Part shown: in pieces, positions 12,401-26,325 of the stretch
How positions within the stretch are numbered: the stretch's first letter is position 1
Layout: each line of letters opens with the position of its first letter
Origin: Parasitella parasitica NRRL 2501
Lineage: Eukaryota; Fungi; Mucoromycota
NCBI GenBank assembly: GCA_025201805.1
Contig: MU619248.1
Span: 302,060 to 366,059, forward strand
DNA: 64,000 bases
Direction of reading: 5' to 3'
Translations under genes and position numbers: made by a program
The notes under the pieces: generated by a model
The model's input: only the letters and a program-made list of their open reading frames with translations
What the model was told of the DNA's origin: nothing
Databases searched by the model: none

Positions 12401-15382
12401 CCCTGTAATTCGGAAAGCGAGTACACATCTTGGTGTGGGCAAATCAAAGGACCAAAAAACACGATGAATATCACCATGGCTGCAGACAGAAAAAATATGA
12501 GCAAACAGAGAGCAACTTTTTCTCTCCATGCGAGGCGAACATCGCGACGTTTCATGCCGCCACAGTGGTTCAATGCTGGTGAAGGAACCCACCATGTTAA
12601 AAACCAGACAAACAGGACCCATTTGCGACGGATACCACTAACTGGCTCGTCGTCTTCTTCGGGTGCTAGTGTATCTGCCGGTTTTGCTTTAAGGTCCTGG
12701 TCTTTTTCATTGATTCCAGAGTAATCTTGCTGAGCGTTAAGCAGCGTGTGCGATCTTTTGTTTTCAAAAGTGGCTTGCGAAAATACTTCGGATCCGTTGA
12801 AATCATGCAAACCAGCTTCTTCCATATAATCGTCTTCAGACATAGCAGAGGACATAACGTCGTCGTTGAAAGAGTACATATCGAACGGTTTTTGACCTGG
12901 CAGCAATCCTCCAACAGCTGAGATCTTGGCATTTTTAGACTCTGTCTTCTCTAAGCTTCGTAAATCATCTTCTAGGATTCTAAAAGTGCTATTTGACAGG
13001 AAAATCTATATAATGTACGTGAGATGGTTGCGTCCGATTTGAGCACCATCTTTTTTTATATACCTTTGATTTTCCAATAGCTGCAAGGGGCTCATTCCAT
13101 CCTAATGACTGGGCCATATGGGTAAGTCTTTCTTTTAGTGGTAGACTTGTATCCAGCATTGTGTTCATGGTCAATGGAATAGAAACGTGGTATCGATCCC
13201 AGAACTCCTCAAATGTGAATACAGTAGTGTAATAGCCGGCTTTCATTCGTTTGATCATATCCAGCATCTTGAAGTGTGATTGCTGCACTGCCACTTTCTT
13301 AACATCGCACGAATTGGCCAAAGACAAATCGTTTGGACGTATACACAAGACTGACCAAGACAGAGTGTTTGACAGGGCCTGCGTTAGATCAGATATGCCA
13401 GTGACCAAAAGATCTGCAATAGTCGAAACATTAGACTGCAATGACGTTGATAGGGTTGATTTGACATCTGCTTTGTGATCGTTGACCGTCGACAATGCAG
13501 CGGTCGTTGCTGTACTGGTAGTTGTTGGTGATCTCAGAGGCTTTATACCTTGCTGTTGAGAATAGACTCGGTTTCTTGTACCATCATCGTGACCGAGTAT
13601 ATTATCGTCGAATAGGCATGCGACGAGGCCATTTGAGGTTGGTGGGTTGTATGCATTTCCACTGAACAATGCAATGAAATCGTTGCACATGTAGTCTTGA
13701 TTCCTCTCTGTAAAACTGCGTGGCTCGTATGTTGTTGATCCCCAGAAATGCTGGATGCTGAACAACTTGGAATCGGTATCACTCTTCTTGAAGGCTAACA
13801 GTTGAGCATTAATCGCACTCTTATTAGCACTGGCATAGTTGTCCACTAAGGTTTCATCGTCGTCGTATCTCTGCTGATTCTGCTGACGGGATGCTTGAGC
13901 ATTCATAATAGACCACAGGCCCTTGGACGGATGGACAAACAAATTGACAATGGCAGGATTTGTAGGCCAATGCTCGTTACTTATCGTCAATCCCTGTTCT
14001 GCATACTCTTGTCTATCACGATCGAATATGTTAACAAACATGAACTGATGCAATGACTCCTGAATAAAGTTGTATGACAATTGATCAAAACCAGCGCCAG
14101 AAGGCCTTGAGGTCAACCAGCCAGGAAGATCAAGCAAGCCGATAAAACTGTGCGAATTCTTTGGTGCCAAGCGATCGTTTATTTGCTCCACAAGCCAGGT
14201 AAACAACAAACAATACAATGATTGAGCAAGATCATCTCTTTGTTTACCAGCTTGTTCAGGATTCAAAAAAAGCGTGGTGATGTCTCGTTTGATCAGCTTG
14301 CTTTTGAACGTCAATGCACTCATTAGAGAGTTCGGGTCTACGCCTAGTAAATCGGCTGCAGTTGTTAGAGTATCAATATTTTTGATGATGGCAGCATCTT
14401 GAGAGTTATTGGCATCTTCAATGAAGTGTATGTTTCCCAGATGTAATATAGCTGCTAGTATTTGATATACTTGTGCTACTCTATGCTTTTGAAAGAGCAC
14501 TGTTTTAAGGGCGGTACGTAGTTCAGCATCTGCATTCAAATCATCCAACGACGATGCTCTGGAGGTGGTGGTTTTGGCGAGATAATGAAATGTCGACCAA
14601 TCGGATAAGCTTAAGCGAGTCCTCTCGTCTGCTGAAGCGCCTGCAAGTAGATTGTAAAATACATGAAAGTTGCGTTCGTCTTGGCCGGCGGCTGTTACTC
14701 TAGATTTTTCAAGTGCATAAGGTAAAAAGACTGCACCAGCTAATCGTCCTCTTTCCGAAAAGTGTATTTCAGCGAACAAGGCGCTTTTAGACGCATTATC
14801 ATGTTGAGTCGTCTTTGCGTGACTAAACGAACGTAAAATGGTCTGGGCATGCACAACGTTTGCTTGGGTACGAGTTGTCTTTCGGTGAGTGCTGAGCGCA
14901 ATTAAGTGGCTGATGGCTTGTTTAAACTGCTCTGATTTACCACTGCCACTTTCACCACTATGCGAAAAAAAAAAAAAGAAAAAAAAAACGTTAATACAAG
15001 GGGGAGAGAGGAGAGGGGGCAGATGTGAAAGAAAGGCAAGGAGAGGGGGCTTTTACCTAAATAAGATGGACTGATTTATACTAGTTCTTCTCATATGTAG
15101 ATATGCATGATTCACGAGTTGATATATGTGCGGCTCTTTCCATTGATTTGCCTTTGCACTTGAAGTGTCTTTGTATTCTGCAATGTAATCTACTTTGGCT
15201 GCATTGCTGGAATAGTACGGATTCAACGCAACCAAAATAGAAGGGCCTATATTGGTATAAATTTGGTCATTCAGGTATCGCTGACGAAGTAATTCGGCAA
15301 TTTCATCAGAGGTCAGGTCTCGAGATAATTGTGTTAAGTCTGATGTATGAATTTGTTGCTGCGGCTGTGGTTGCTGTGCCAT
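9462..15382 (-). CDS. Chitin synthase with N-terminal myosin motor-like domain (class V-like; exons 15382-15057, 14957-13064, 13005-10357, 10301-9462)
   Basis: Myosin head (LVALNPY, GESGSGKS, ERNFHVFY), cytochrome b5-like segments (IRGEVFDLT, YAGKDAT), GT2 core (VDADT, CLPGCFCMYR, LGEDRYLT, QRRRW), WHFDDFSWGNTR and a C-terminal DEK_C (ADLMTMTKKQVR). Confidence 0.96.
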
Positions 15383-16599
15383 TATTGGAATATCATGTAT
15401 TTTATATTATACAGCGTGTTGGAATGGATCAAAACAAGAAACAGAAAGAAAAAGGAAAGAAAGAGTTAAAGGTACAGAGATGCTATTATGAATACCCTCC
15501 TATTAAAAGATCAAATAGCCCCCTTCACTTTTCTCAAACGTACATGGACAGACCCCTTTATCCAGGGCAACAGTGTACATATATAAAAAGGCCAAAAAAA
15601 GATTTCGGAATATCCTGTACATGTTTACATGCCAATATGATTTCATCTTTATAATTCACTAGAGCAAAGAACATTCCGAGTTGAATAGACACAGACACAA
15701 CTTTTGGATCCATAAATTTAAATCATACACACACAAAAAATCACATAATAGAAAAAGAGCGCTCAATGTCGAGTATTTATATTCTAACTGCTATAAAAAT
15801 CTTCTTTTCTAGTGCTGTTAGGGAGGAGAAAGCAGAAACAAGTGTACAGATATATTTATCTGTACTGAACACAGCAGCAGGCAGCATCCACAGTGTATAT
15901 ACGTACTGTTGTAGTCGGAAAATAAGGTTGTATGATAATCTTAAATACAGACTGTCATACCCCTTTTGATCCCATCTCCTTCTCTTTCTCTTTATTTTTT
16001 TTTATGCACTGTTTTTTTGTTTACAATTATTCATACATGGATCGTCTCTCTTTACCATTTTTCTTGTATGAAAAACATGTATACATTTGTTTGTTTTCTA
16101 GTGAGTTTAGAGTAGTCCGCATTTTGTTTATTTAGCAGATAATTAATGATTGCAGAACTGTGTCTCTCGAATATATAAATACATATGTATTGTGGCTATT
16201 GTAAGAAGGGGTCCTTGAACACAAAATGATTGCTTTGAGGAGCTCACTGCGATTCTTTTTCTCATTATTGAAAGGTCAGGTTGCCTTTATGTGCATCTAC
16301 GGAATGAAATTGCATAATATACACCACCCATCATACAATTCTTGTTCTCGCTGTGATGAGCCGATGCACCCGCATCTGTATAAAGTGTGATGTTTACTCA
16401 GAAATGGTCGATATGAGCGTACAATAGCATTGAGATTCGCGCTAGTCTTGGGTTTATCAAACTTTTAGTCTGTGCATATACGAAATTTGTAACAAATACA
16501 AAATACACCTTTTGCCAAAACGATGCCGCAAGAAAAGAAATTAAAGTGTCGCACTTTTACAAAAATCAGACGCATATTTTTATAAATAACTTAGCCAAA

Positions 16600-17100
16600 C
16601 TTAAGCGTACATGGACGATAAGACTACATTAAACATGATGAGCAAGATAAAGAGTAAGATCAAGACAATCAAATAGTGGATCCAAAAGAACAAGATCCCA
16701 TTACTGTTAGAAAGATCTCCAAGGGTAGCACCATATTTCATTTTATCAAATTTATTAAAAAAAACTGTTGGATGTTATGGATAAAAATAAAAAATCCCAA
16801 AACTCATACCTGGTTTTCCACAATGTCAGCATGCATTAATATGATATGTTGCACCGTAAGATAGAACAAAGAGGTTACCAGGTCTGCCCTCTTCTTGCTT
16901 TCTCATCCGAGCTTAATGCAATTGACTAATTCAGGGCAATGTCAATGGGAAAATGAAGCGATCATGCATGAATCTGACCGGAGAAATCTTATTAACTAGA
17001 ATAGAGAATGCTTGAAATGCAGTGCCAGCTAGCAACTTGTACAGTTTCTGTGCTCAATCAAAATGTATAATTGATAATTGCTATGTTAACAGACCAGTGT
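16600..17100 (+). pseudogene. Degenerate Tc1/IS630-like DDE transposase fragment (C-terminal part)
   Basis: Frameshifted segments KGSTIFHFIKF..LLDVMDK...SYLVFHNVSMH and a decayed LPxYSPELNxIE-like tract (CTGCCCTCTTCTTGCTTTCTCATCCGAGCTTAATGCAATTGAC) followed by GKMKR. Boundaries approximate. Confidence 0.6.
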
Positions 17101-17229
17101 AATTTATCTATCTTTAAATAAAGTTATTAACTTATTGCAATCTATATTACAGTACTTGAAAACTACGACTTCCGGTGAATCTTGTCTGACTTGCCCAATG
17201 TTGGTAGAAAAGCTAAAAGTTGACGATAT

Positions 17230-18130
17230 CCGTATGAAGGAGGCAAGCACAAAGCGGAATTATATAAGTTATGCTGTTCAGGACAAAGTTAGTTTTTCGG
17301 TCTGAAGATTGAAAAGTGCATGGCTGCATTCATAGCTGGACAACACAGAGATGGGCTAAGCTGTATAGCATGTGCCCTGACACTATTTTTGACAGCTGTA
17401 ACAAAGTAGGTTGCAAGTGTATTTTAACCGAAGAACATAAAACACTGCTATCAATTTCATTGATGCTGCTTCTGTTGTTAAAGTGGCCAGATATTTATTA
17501 AAACAGCTCGAAATCTTTATAACTGTATGAGAAGTGAATGCAACTTTTCATTGAAAAAAGCACATTCTATCGAAAGAAGTAGTGCAGCAAAGATTGAGGA
17601 ACGGCACAATTGGGTTTGTCAATGGGAAAATATAGACATGAGCTTCCTGACCATCTGCGTGTTTCTTGACGAGTCTGCTTTTGATATAAACATGAAACGC
17701 TCAAGAGCCTGGTCCAAAAAAAGGTACCTGTGCTATTATTACCAGGCTTACTACGAAAGCAAACACAACGTCTATATTGGGTGCGATCGCTGCCGCAGGT
17801 TTGATAACAGTTGGCGTAAAATAACCAAGACCTGCTAAGAAGAGGAAGGCTGATGGATACGTAAGCTCAGGAACTGTTACATGTCACTATATTAGTTTCT
17901 TAAAAATGGCTCCTGACGAAATGAACAAACATCCACATAAAAAAGGTCACTTTATTGTGATGGAATACACACCCATACACACTCACAAAAATACAAAGAT
18001 ACATTGAATATCTAGGATATAAATATGTGTAGCCTCCTACTCGCTTTCCTGAGCCTAACCCAATAGAACAAGTCTGGGCAATACCAAAGAGTAAGATTAG
18101 GCGCCATAGATTTTTGCAGGATGACACCAA
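17230..18130 (+). pseudogene. Degenerate Tc1/IS630-like transposase
   Basis: HTH-region remnants (TTQRWAKLY, ILTEEHK), first catalytic motif CVFLDESAFDINMKRSRAWSK, TTSILGAI, GTVTCHYISFL, FIVMEYTPIH and FPEPNPIEQVWA, with several stops and frameshifts. Confidence 0.85.
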
Positions 18131-18970
18131 AGTGTTTTGTTTCGTATTCTTACAGGTGCTGGGATTTAACGTCAAAAAACAGCCCAAGTAACTAAAATCA
18201 CAATGCACAGAAAAGATTCAGGTAAGAAATATCAGATCAAATAATATTTGACATGGCAGCACAACGTGAAGTGAAACTACATAGAGAGCTTGTAAAGATA
18301 ATAATAGTTTTTCAATTGGGGATATTCATCTCTCACATTTGTAATTGAGCACAAAAAATCAAGCTAAAGAATGATGGGATACAAATAAGAAAAGAGCGGC
18401 GTTCAAGACTTATCAGTGTAAACAGCACAGTTCTTCGTCTTTCCAAAAAAAAAAAAAAAAAAAAAAACGGCGAATTAGATTGTGTATCCATTGAATCGTA
18501 TACGTGACAAGAGAAAGAAGGTCTCTTCCCACTCCCAGCTGGGACAGCAAATGCTACAGCAATTACATATCAAGGCTAGGAAATTTCTCCGGCGTAGGGC
18601 AGGGTTCATATGTAGACTTGTCATCATGCTTTCCTTACCAGATTATAAAACTACTTGGGTATGTACTTATCTTTTTGGTAGGCTTGTGATAGCACCAAGT
18701 CTGCGAGAAGAGCTGTAAAGATGAGAAGCGTGGGTAGGAGAACAGACCAAAACTATAGCCCATAATCAAATTGATAACGTCAATTTTTTTTTGGCGCATT
18801 GGATGCTACAGAGCTCGTAAATGTAGGAGAATCAAGTAAACATGTAGTTAGTGATAATTGCCAATCATAGCATCACCTTTTTTTGTGTGTGCGACCAATT
18901 TCTAGCAATAAGCGATAATATTTATCAGCTTCACTGTAGCATAAAATCTACTTCATTGTATAAATGCCGT

Positions 18971-21179
18971 TTATTTTTTCTTGGATTTTGATGACGAGGA
19001 TGATTTAGCTAATGGGGCAGAAGAAGGTACAACCCCTCTATTACCAACACTCAAAACAACGTGAGCATTACCAGTGCGTTGCTGTCTTTCCAGCAATGCA
19101 CCTGCTAGGTTATGAGGTGTATCTGTGCTACTCATCATGTTAAGTTTGCGCTCTTCTTCAATCTTCTGCATTCTCTTTTCAGTCTTGGTCTTGCCCGACG
19201 TTTTACCATGGAATTTATGCGACATGTACCTAAACGCTTCTGCTGTCTTCATGACACGGCCTGTATCGTCCGTGTACTCCAGATTAACTTCAGGCTTGTA
19301 ATTTTGCATGGCCAATTCGTATTCTCGCATTCTTTGAGCTTCTTCTCTCTCTCGTTCTCTTTCTCTTTCTCGCTCCATTTCACGTTGACGATCACTGTTA
19401 TCTCTACCGTTTCTCCTGTCAGTATTTCTACGACGCTCTTTTTCTCGTTTCTCTTCCAGTGCTCGAAGGCGCTCCTTCTTTCTCTGCTCATTTTGCCATC
19501 TGATCTGCTCTGCTGCAATTTTATCGCGTTTGATCTGTTCCTCGGTTGGCTTGGCAATGATTCCTATAATAAAATTGGTGAGCCGCATATTCGCTTATGA
19601 TAGTGTCAAAATCGATTACCCTTCTGATTAAGCAGGTTCAATGTTGCAGCCAATCCACGGCTTACAAGAGGCTCTTCAACGATAACTTCTTCCTTTACCT
19701 CTTCCTTTATCTCTTCCTTTATCTCTTCCTTGATTTCATCTTGATCTTCCTCCATGGCGACATCCTCATCAGGTACTTCCTCCATCTTAACGTCTCTACT
19801 AGGTGTATCATCGACTTTATGAACAACATACTCTGGATCAGGCTCAGCCTTAACTTGTACTTGATGAGAATGAGAGAGTTTAGGTGCGGATTCTCTGGTT
19901 TCGAATGTGGGCATATTATTGCTCAAGGAATTGACAAATTCTGTGGTTTCAGATAGCACTAATCCGCCTTCATCATTATCATCTTCCTTCATTTGGTCTT
20001 TTTGCTCCTCTCTGATCTGCTTTGCGATTTCTTCTGGGGTCATCTTCTTCAGCTGCTTGTTCTTTTGCTTATTGGCAACTCTTCTGGCTCTTGCAAGAGC
20101 TTCTTGAAGGTCGTCGTCATCAACAAAATTAGCATCTGGGTCTAACGTACGAGTTCTAGGTTCAGCAACTGGCTCTTGGGTTATGGATGTGCTAATGTCG
20201 TCTTCATCCTTATTCTTTCTGCGCGTTTTCTTTTTCTTTTTAGATTTGGGTTTTTTGAATGTAGCGTCTGCCTCCTCTTGGGTATAGTAATCTTTGATTT
20301 CCTGCATCTTTTCATAAGATAACGTTTGCTCTTTCAGTTTCTGTTCAACAGACTTTTCATCTGCAATCTCCACAACTTTCTTTACAGTACCAGATTTACC
20401 AATGACGAAACCTGCTTCATCATCATCGTCTTCATATTGAGGCAAAATGCTGGACTTTTTACCATTGAATTGGTCATCATCATACGGATTATAACCAGGC
20501 TTTTGTTTCTTTGCTTCGAGATTCTTTTTTAAACGCTCGCGATCTTCCAAATTGACATTGGTGAGCTCATCCACATCATCCTCGTCTTCGCCAAGAATAT
20601 TTCGATCCTTTAGTGTCAATATAGTTTCGCCGCCTTCGTCGAATTCAGACATGGCATGACTAACTTTGAGGCCTGTAAGGTGTGCTGCGTCGTAGGATTG
20701 ATATGAATTGTCCATTTCCTCCAATTCTCGTGCTCGACGAGCTGCCAAGTCTTTCTCACGTTTTCTACTCTTTTTAATCCAATTCAATGCGTTATCATCC
20801 TCAGCTTCGCCATCGCTAGCTTCGCCAAGGCCCCTGCCTTGTAATTTGGCATGGCTTCTTTTGCGATTCTTGGACCTAAATTACCACGAATAAATAACAC
20901 TAAAATCATCCATAAATTTAATGTACTTTTTACTTTTCAATGTTTTTCCTAATTTCTTCTTCTTTGGCAAGCCTGTCATTCTCTTGCTTGATTCTTTGAA
21001 AGTTGTCGTAAGCGTCCCTATCTGGGTCAACAACTTGATCATCGGCATCGCCTTCAATAGCTAATGGAGGGAGCCCCAGCTTTTCACGGAGTGCACTTGA
21101 AATACCCATTAGTTCGAAGATTTATTTCTAACAAATAATACACTTACTTTGTCTCTTCGATTGAAATAGATTCAGCCAT
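18971..21179 (-). CDS. SNU66: U4/U6.U5 tri-snRNP protein SART1/Snu66
   Basis: HIND motif MAESISIEETN|ALREKLGLPPL, LTGLKVSH, ILTLKD, EEPLVSRGLAATLNLL, YKPEVNLEYTDDTGR, AFRYMSHKFHGKTSGKTKTEKR. Confidence 0.93.
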
Positions 21180-21439
21180 AGTCGTCTACTTATAGTTTAA
21201 CGAAGAAAGAAAAAGACAAAAAATGAAAAGATGAGCGCGAAGCCCTTAAATCAGAAGTCATACATGCTCTGATTTCTCAATGCAATGTTACGCAGCAATT
21301 GAAGTCATTATAATAAAATGCGCATATAAGCTTTCTTTTGATTCTTCAATTTTCTGTAAACGGGTACTTTCCTTAGCCATCATGCCAAAAAATTAGTAAG
21401 ACATTTCTTTCAATTTTAAAGGAATGAGTTTCCAGAAAA

Positions 21440-21449
21440 NNNNNNNNNN
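21440..21449. other. Assembly gap (N run)
   Basis: 10 N bases next to a poly-A tract. Confidence 0.99.
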
Positions 21450-22669
21450 AAAAAAAAAAAAAAAAAGTAAAAAAGATGTATCCAAATGCAATATCGTTCT
21501 TTATTGCCGAGATGACAGATTAAATGTAATATTTATTAAAAAAAAAGAGAGTAATTCTCATAAATTAGTCTCGGTTTGTTATTCAGGAAGAGGTACGAGT
21601 CAGTATATATAATATTACCTTCCACCACATCTTTGATGTAATGGAGTTATTTTTGGACTTGGATCGCTGCCATTAATATGGAATAACAGTAATTCCATAG
21701 TTGCTAAAATTCTATAGTCGATGAGATATTATATTTTGACTTTAATATAAATCGAGCAGTAGCTGCACACAGGAGCTTGTAACGTTCCTTGAAGTAGCTG
21801 AAAAGTCAAGGACCACCACTGCTGCTGGTGTGAATCCTGTTTAAACACCGACACAACTTTTTCGCTTCCTGGAGGTCGATATGGACATCCAACATCAAAA
21901 AAAGACGTTTTTCTCAACAAACTATTAATCAAATCTACCAGACAAAATAATCAAAAATTATAGCCAATCTATTTTTACATCTACTGATAATGTTTTTTCA
22001 GTCTGTTATTACCAAAAATTTGGAGTCATATTGACTTTCAGGGAATAGTGTTTTTAGACAAAAACTTTTTTTTCCACATATAGAAAATAAAACCCAGTGT
22101 TTCAAGATGATTTTTGGGTAATATAGGGTTGTTTTGAGCTTAGGAAAGATAAGCTGAAAATTTCTTTTTTAGGGCTAAAAATGGTATAAAGCGATTTCAA
22201 CTCTTTTTTCCCTTGCAAGTACAGGCAGTTTGGAGGGCTTTTTTTTGGTGAAAAAAAATTGGCCCAAAAACCCACAAAAAAAATGTAGTAGGGTATAGTG
22301 TAATGTAAGAAATGGGTTTGACCAGTTTTAAGCTTCTTAAAAGGGTAAATAGTGCATAAAAAATCTTTTTTTTTTGTAAAATTAACCTTAGCCTTTATAT
22401 CCATCTACCACAATAATATTCTTTCCCAGCAACAGCGTTTATTTGATGTATTTCAACATGATCACGGCTCTGTTTAGTTAGTTCCGCTGTCTCAGCAGCA
22501 AATCCGTATGATACACCTCGATATACTTGTTGCTCGAGACTTGGCGCTGGAAAACAAGATATCATACAATACACCTTGTAGATTTCTAAATTATAAGCGT
22601 CGAATAATATGTGTTTACCTTGTAAACACATTTTGCATCTTTACCACCATCGTCTCTCCAGTTGCTTAA

Positions 22670-23424
22670 TTTTTGATTTAAAGGCGAGTCTGCTGGTGAA
22701 CAAGGCAATTACATTTGACACGTATAAGGCCGCAATACATAATAGTTTATTTGCTTGAGACTATCTATTTGTAGAGTACTGGTTCAATTGCTTGCTTCAA
22801 GCTGGAAAGATTTTATTCAACACAGTTGCTTACAGTAGTATTGAAATTGATGGAAATCATTTATTCAAAACAACCAAGTCGATGAAGAGAGCATATCAGA
22901 CTTGAATTAAACACCAATGGTGTGGGCACCAGATTCAGACATGGTCTTGAATGGACGATAACATGGATAGCAGAGGCAGTTTTGGTCTTGTAGAGACGAT
23001 CAGTGTAGTAGCAAAATAGTCAGGCAAGTGAAAACTGAAAGACTAGATCAACATAAACGCAAATTCCATGTAAAAACTTCATTGCTACTGAAGTGGGCGA
23101 TCTGAAAAAAAAAAATGAGGAGAGCTTTTTTTGTCACTTTATTAAGCTTTTTTTCATGCGATTTGCAATAGAGAAACGAGCTCTTTTTTGAAACAGTATA
23201 AACTTCAAATGACTTTCCATGATTTTTATGATATTATGGAATCGTACAAACTTCATATATAATTTTCATGCATTTGCGACAGAGAGATAAGACAAAGAAT
23301 ACTTGTACAAACTTGTTTTTTTTTCTCTTCATGCAATAGAGAGTCAAGTGTTTCTTAAAATCGAGGGGCGCTTTTGAACATCCCAGTTGGCGCTTCGATA
23401 GCGCTTTTGAGCCTTCCAATTTGC
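22670..23424 (-). repeat. Dispersed repeat copy A (probable decayed DNA transposon end), inverted homolog of 41778-42230
   Basis: The reverse complement shares blocks such as AAGCGCCAACT.GGATGTTCAAAAGCGCCCC, AAGAAACACTTG, GTTTTCACTTGCCTGACTA and CTACAAAT.GATA.TCTCAAGCA with 41778-42230. Confidence 0.8.
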
Positions 23425-23920
23425 TTTAAAGACGCTTGCACCTGGTTATAGAGGGAGGGAGAAAAAACAATACTAGCCAGCAACAATAACTAATGTTCCA
23501 CCTGCTTGTGAGAAGCACTTGTGGGAAGACATGTTCAACTCCAGGCACAGCAAAATATCATCTATCACGTTTTGCGTACTTTTGTGGCCACGATTACATT
23601 AGAGCAGCAAGTCTTTTATACACGCTTCATATCTTTAGATAGTAAATAAATCAAAAAGTGTTCTTATCTTGGTCCAAATTACCCCTTCTGGAGCAACACT
23701 AATTCTACTTTTAGAAGGTGCAAATCTGGTTTAATCTGCAGCAATGTGTATTTCAGCCATGTACATGAAGCTTTTAGTCCAACAACATTGCAGATAAAAC
23801 TAAAAAGGAGGGTTACTGTTTGTGTTTAACGGAAAGCGATGCAAAAATACATAATAAACACAGTTTGACAAAAATTGAGAGCCGGGCAAAAAAAGTTCTA
23901 AAGCAGTTTGTATTCGTTAA

Positions 23921-26061
23921 TCACTGTTGCAGAGAGCTTAATTTTTGAGCTTCATGCAGCTTTTGCTTCATCAATTGGTAATCATTTTCACTTTCGGCAT
24001 ATTTTAGCTTCATGTCAATCAAAAGAGCCTCCAACTCGGATACTCTACCCTCTAGCAATGAGTTTGTATCCACCAAACAAGCATTGTGCTGTGCCAATTC
24101 GTCAAATTGCCTTTGTCGTTCATCGTCCATACAATTCTTGATCTTGATCATCTCGGCCTTCATCACAGCTAACTCATGTCTCAACTGCTGATTCTCTGCT
24201 CCCAAAGTAGCCATCGCCATTTTAGAACTGATTGCCTGCTGTGCTATATCCTGATGCTCTTTTTCCAGTGATTTATACGATAATTTGAGCTTCTTGATTT
24301 GATCTTGTAGTTCAAAATTCTCCCTCCGGATGCTGTCTTCTATTGATTGAATTTTGGCTTCTTTTGCTGCTTCTGCTTCATATTGCTTTGACAGCTTTTC
24401 TAGCTGTTTCAACGAAATATCAAAGCTATACGCATCTTGAACAAAGTCGTAAACATTTTCCTACCAACGCTTGAGTCAAATAGCCCACAAAGTCAGTAGT
24501 ACCTAGAAATACCTTGTATGCGTCAAAAATTGTTCCAGAAAAGAATACTAGCAAGGATTCGAATTCAAGGCTGAGGATAACCTGCTGATTCTTTTTCATG
24601 AGGGCAAGTGCAAAGTTGAGAATGATATGCGAGCCTTCCACAAACAACAAGTCAAACACTCGGAAAACAAGGTCTAAAGGACATCGGTAGGCAAATAACG
24701 TCATGAACCATTGTGAGGCATACATGCTAGGCACGACGCCTTGTGCATCCAAATGACGATGTACTTGCGGTAAATGTTGTAGCAGCAGCTGGTCAAACTG
24801 ATACATGTGTCTATGCAGTGTTTCCATCTGCGGTGTGAAATGTCCTCTTAGACCATAATGACCCATCAGCTTTAACAGGACACAAAAAGCAGCTTCATCA
24901 GGCATCTATAAATCGTATCGCATGTTTAAAAGAGATGCTCCCTTGCCTCCCCTCCCCCATTTTTTTTTTTTTTTTTTCAAACTTACATGTAATAGTAATA
25001 CGCCTACTACAAAATGAAGGCCTTGACAATATCCCACATGCTCATCAAATAAGCTGTACGCCTTTATTACATTGAAAAGCATTTCTTGACCCTCTCCATT
25101 CTTGTCTTTAAAGTACGGCAAAGCTGGAAAGGTTCGTGGTAAATCTCTGCGGATCACTTTTTCGTGAGGGCTTGTCTGGTCAAGTAATTCACGATATTCG
25201 TCCTCAACCAAATCACTGTCGGCTTCAGAGTTGGAGAAGATGCGCCATAGTTTGCCTCTTAGCTGTGAAGGAATGCCGATGCTGATGAGTGATCGGAATT
25301 TGCTGTGCTGGGTTGTGTTTACACGATCAAAATCGGAAATCACAGATGACCAGAACTCTACAGTGCCAAATGGTTACAAGATGATTGGTTTCAGCAGCAT
25401 TATGTACTGTACCCCAATCAATGTCTCCCCTTGATGATTGTTCTTTCAGTTTCTCCAAGTTATGTGATGTCTCTTCCTTCAACTGTGCTTGTTTAGAGGA
25501 ATTTTGATGCCCTGTTCTCGTAAATTTTGATAGTAACAGGTCGTAATAGCTTGTTGTGCTCGGCGTAGGGCTATGCGTTGGTCTATTGATGTTGTGGTCA
25601 TTCTTGGATATTGTGTTTGAGGCTAGTTTCTCTATGCTAGATATCATTTGCCAATCCTCATTATTGTTATGTGGTGCTAAATCGATTGATAGACAGTCGT
25701 CATTGTCCATCCTGTCTGTTTCTATGCTGCTACAATTATCCGTTGCTATGGAGTTGTTTCCTTTGACGTTTTGCTGTGTAACAGTGGGTATAGTATTAGT
25801 TGCTCCATTGTCCTGTGAAGACGCAGATGAACGCAGCGTATCACTGCTAGTTTTAGTGCTGTCAGCATCTTCAAATTCTTCTTCTTCAGAATCGCTTGAA
25901 TCAGACTCTTGGTCAGTTTTCACTTGGACTTTAAAGCCGAAATGGTCAACGTATTCCGGCTTTTCCGGATTCAACAATGCTTCATCTACCACATTTAAAT
26001 CGAAATCATTGACAACAGGCTTTACTACTGCTGCATTTTTTGACGCCGAAGCCACATTCAT
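23921..26061 (-). CDS. TBC-domain Rab GTPase-activating protein with C-terminal coiled coil (Gyp5/EVI5-like)
   Basis: GIPSQLRGKLW, IRRDLPRTFP (Arg finger), GYCQG (Gln finger), MYASQWFMTLFAYRCPLDLVFRVFD, then a heptad-rich tail ending DMKLKYAESE. Confidence 0.93.
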
Positions 26062-26325
26062 GATAGTTGCGAAAGTAGAAAAAAAAAAAAAACAGGCAGA
26101 AAAGCAGAAAAGCAGAAAAGGAGCCCAACTAAAATATTCAACACAAAGCCCAGAATCATCATTGCTTGATTGTTGTGTGACTTTAAGGACTAATGTTTAC
26201 ATAACTCAGTTTGCATCGAGTCTTGTGAGAATGATGTATTTTTGGTGATGAAGATTGTTTGAGGCACAAAATGACGGAGTCAAGGAGTGATGATCGAACA
26301 ATTCTTGAGTTTATTCAAATAAACA

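Noticed and set aside
16350-16430. C/D snoRNA candidates at RTGATGA motifs (also near 26245, 28450 and 38215)
   Set aside because: No properly placed CTGA D box or terminal stem.
21600-22393. Possible transposon end (GGCTAAG on minus at 22393, similar to 63848) with decayed coding sequence
   Set aside because: Only 7 bp match and no recognisable protein motif; cannot be supported by eye.
25556-26248. 230-aa plus-strand ORF and similar antisense ORFs (19112, 27383, 29526, 51072)
   Set aside because: Shadow frames opposite real coding exons or microsatellites.
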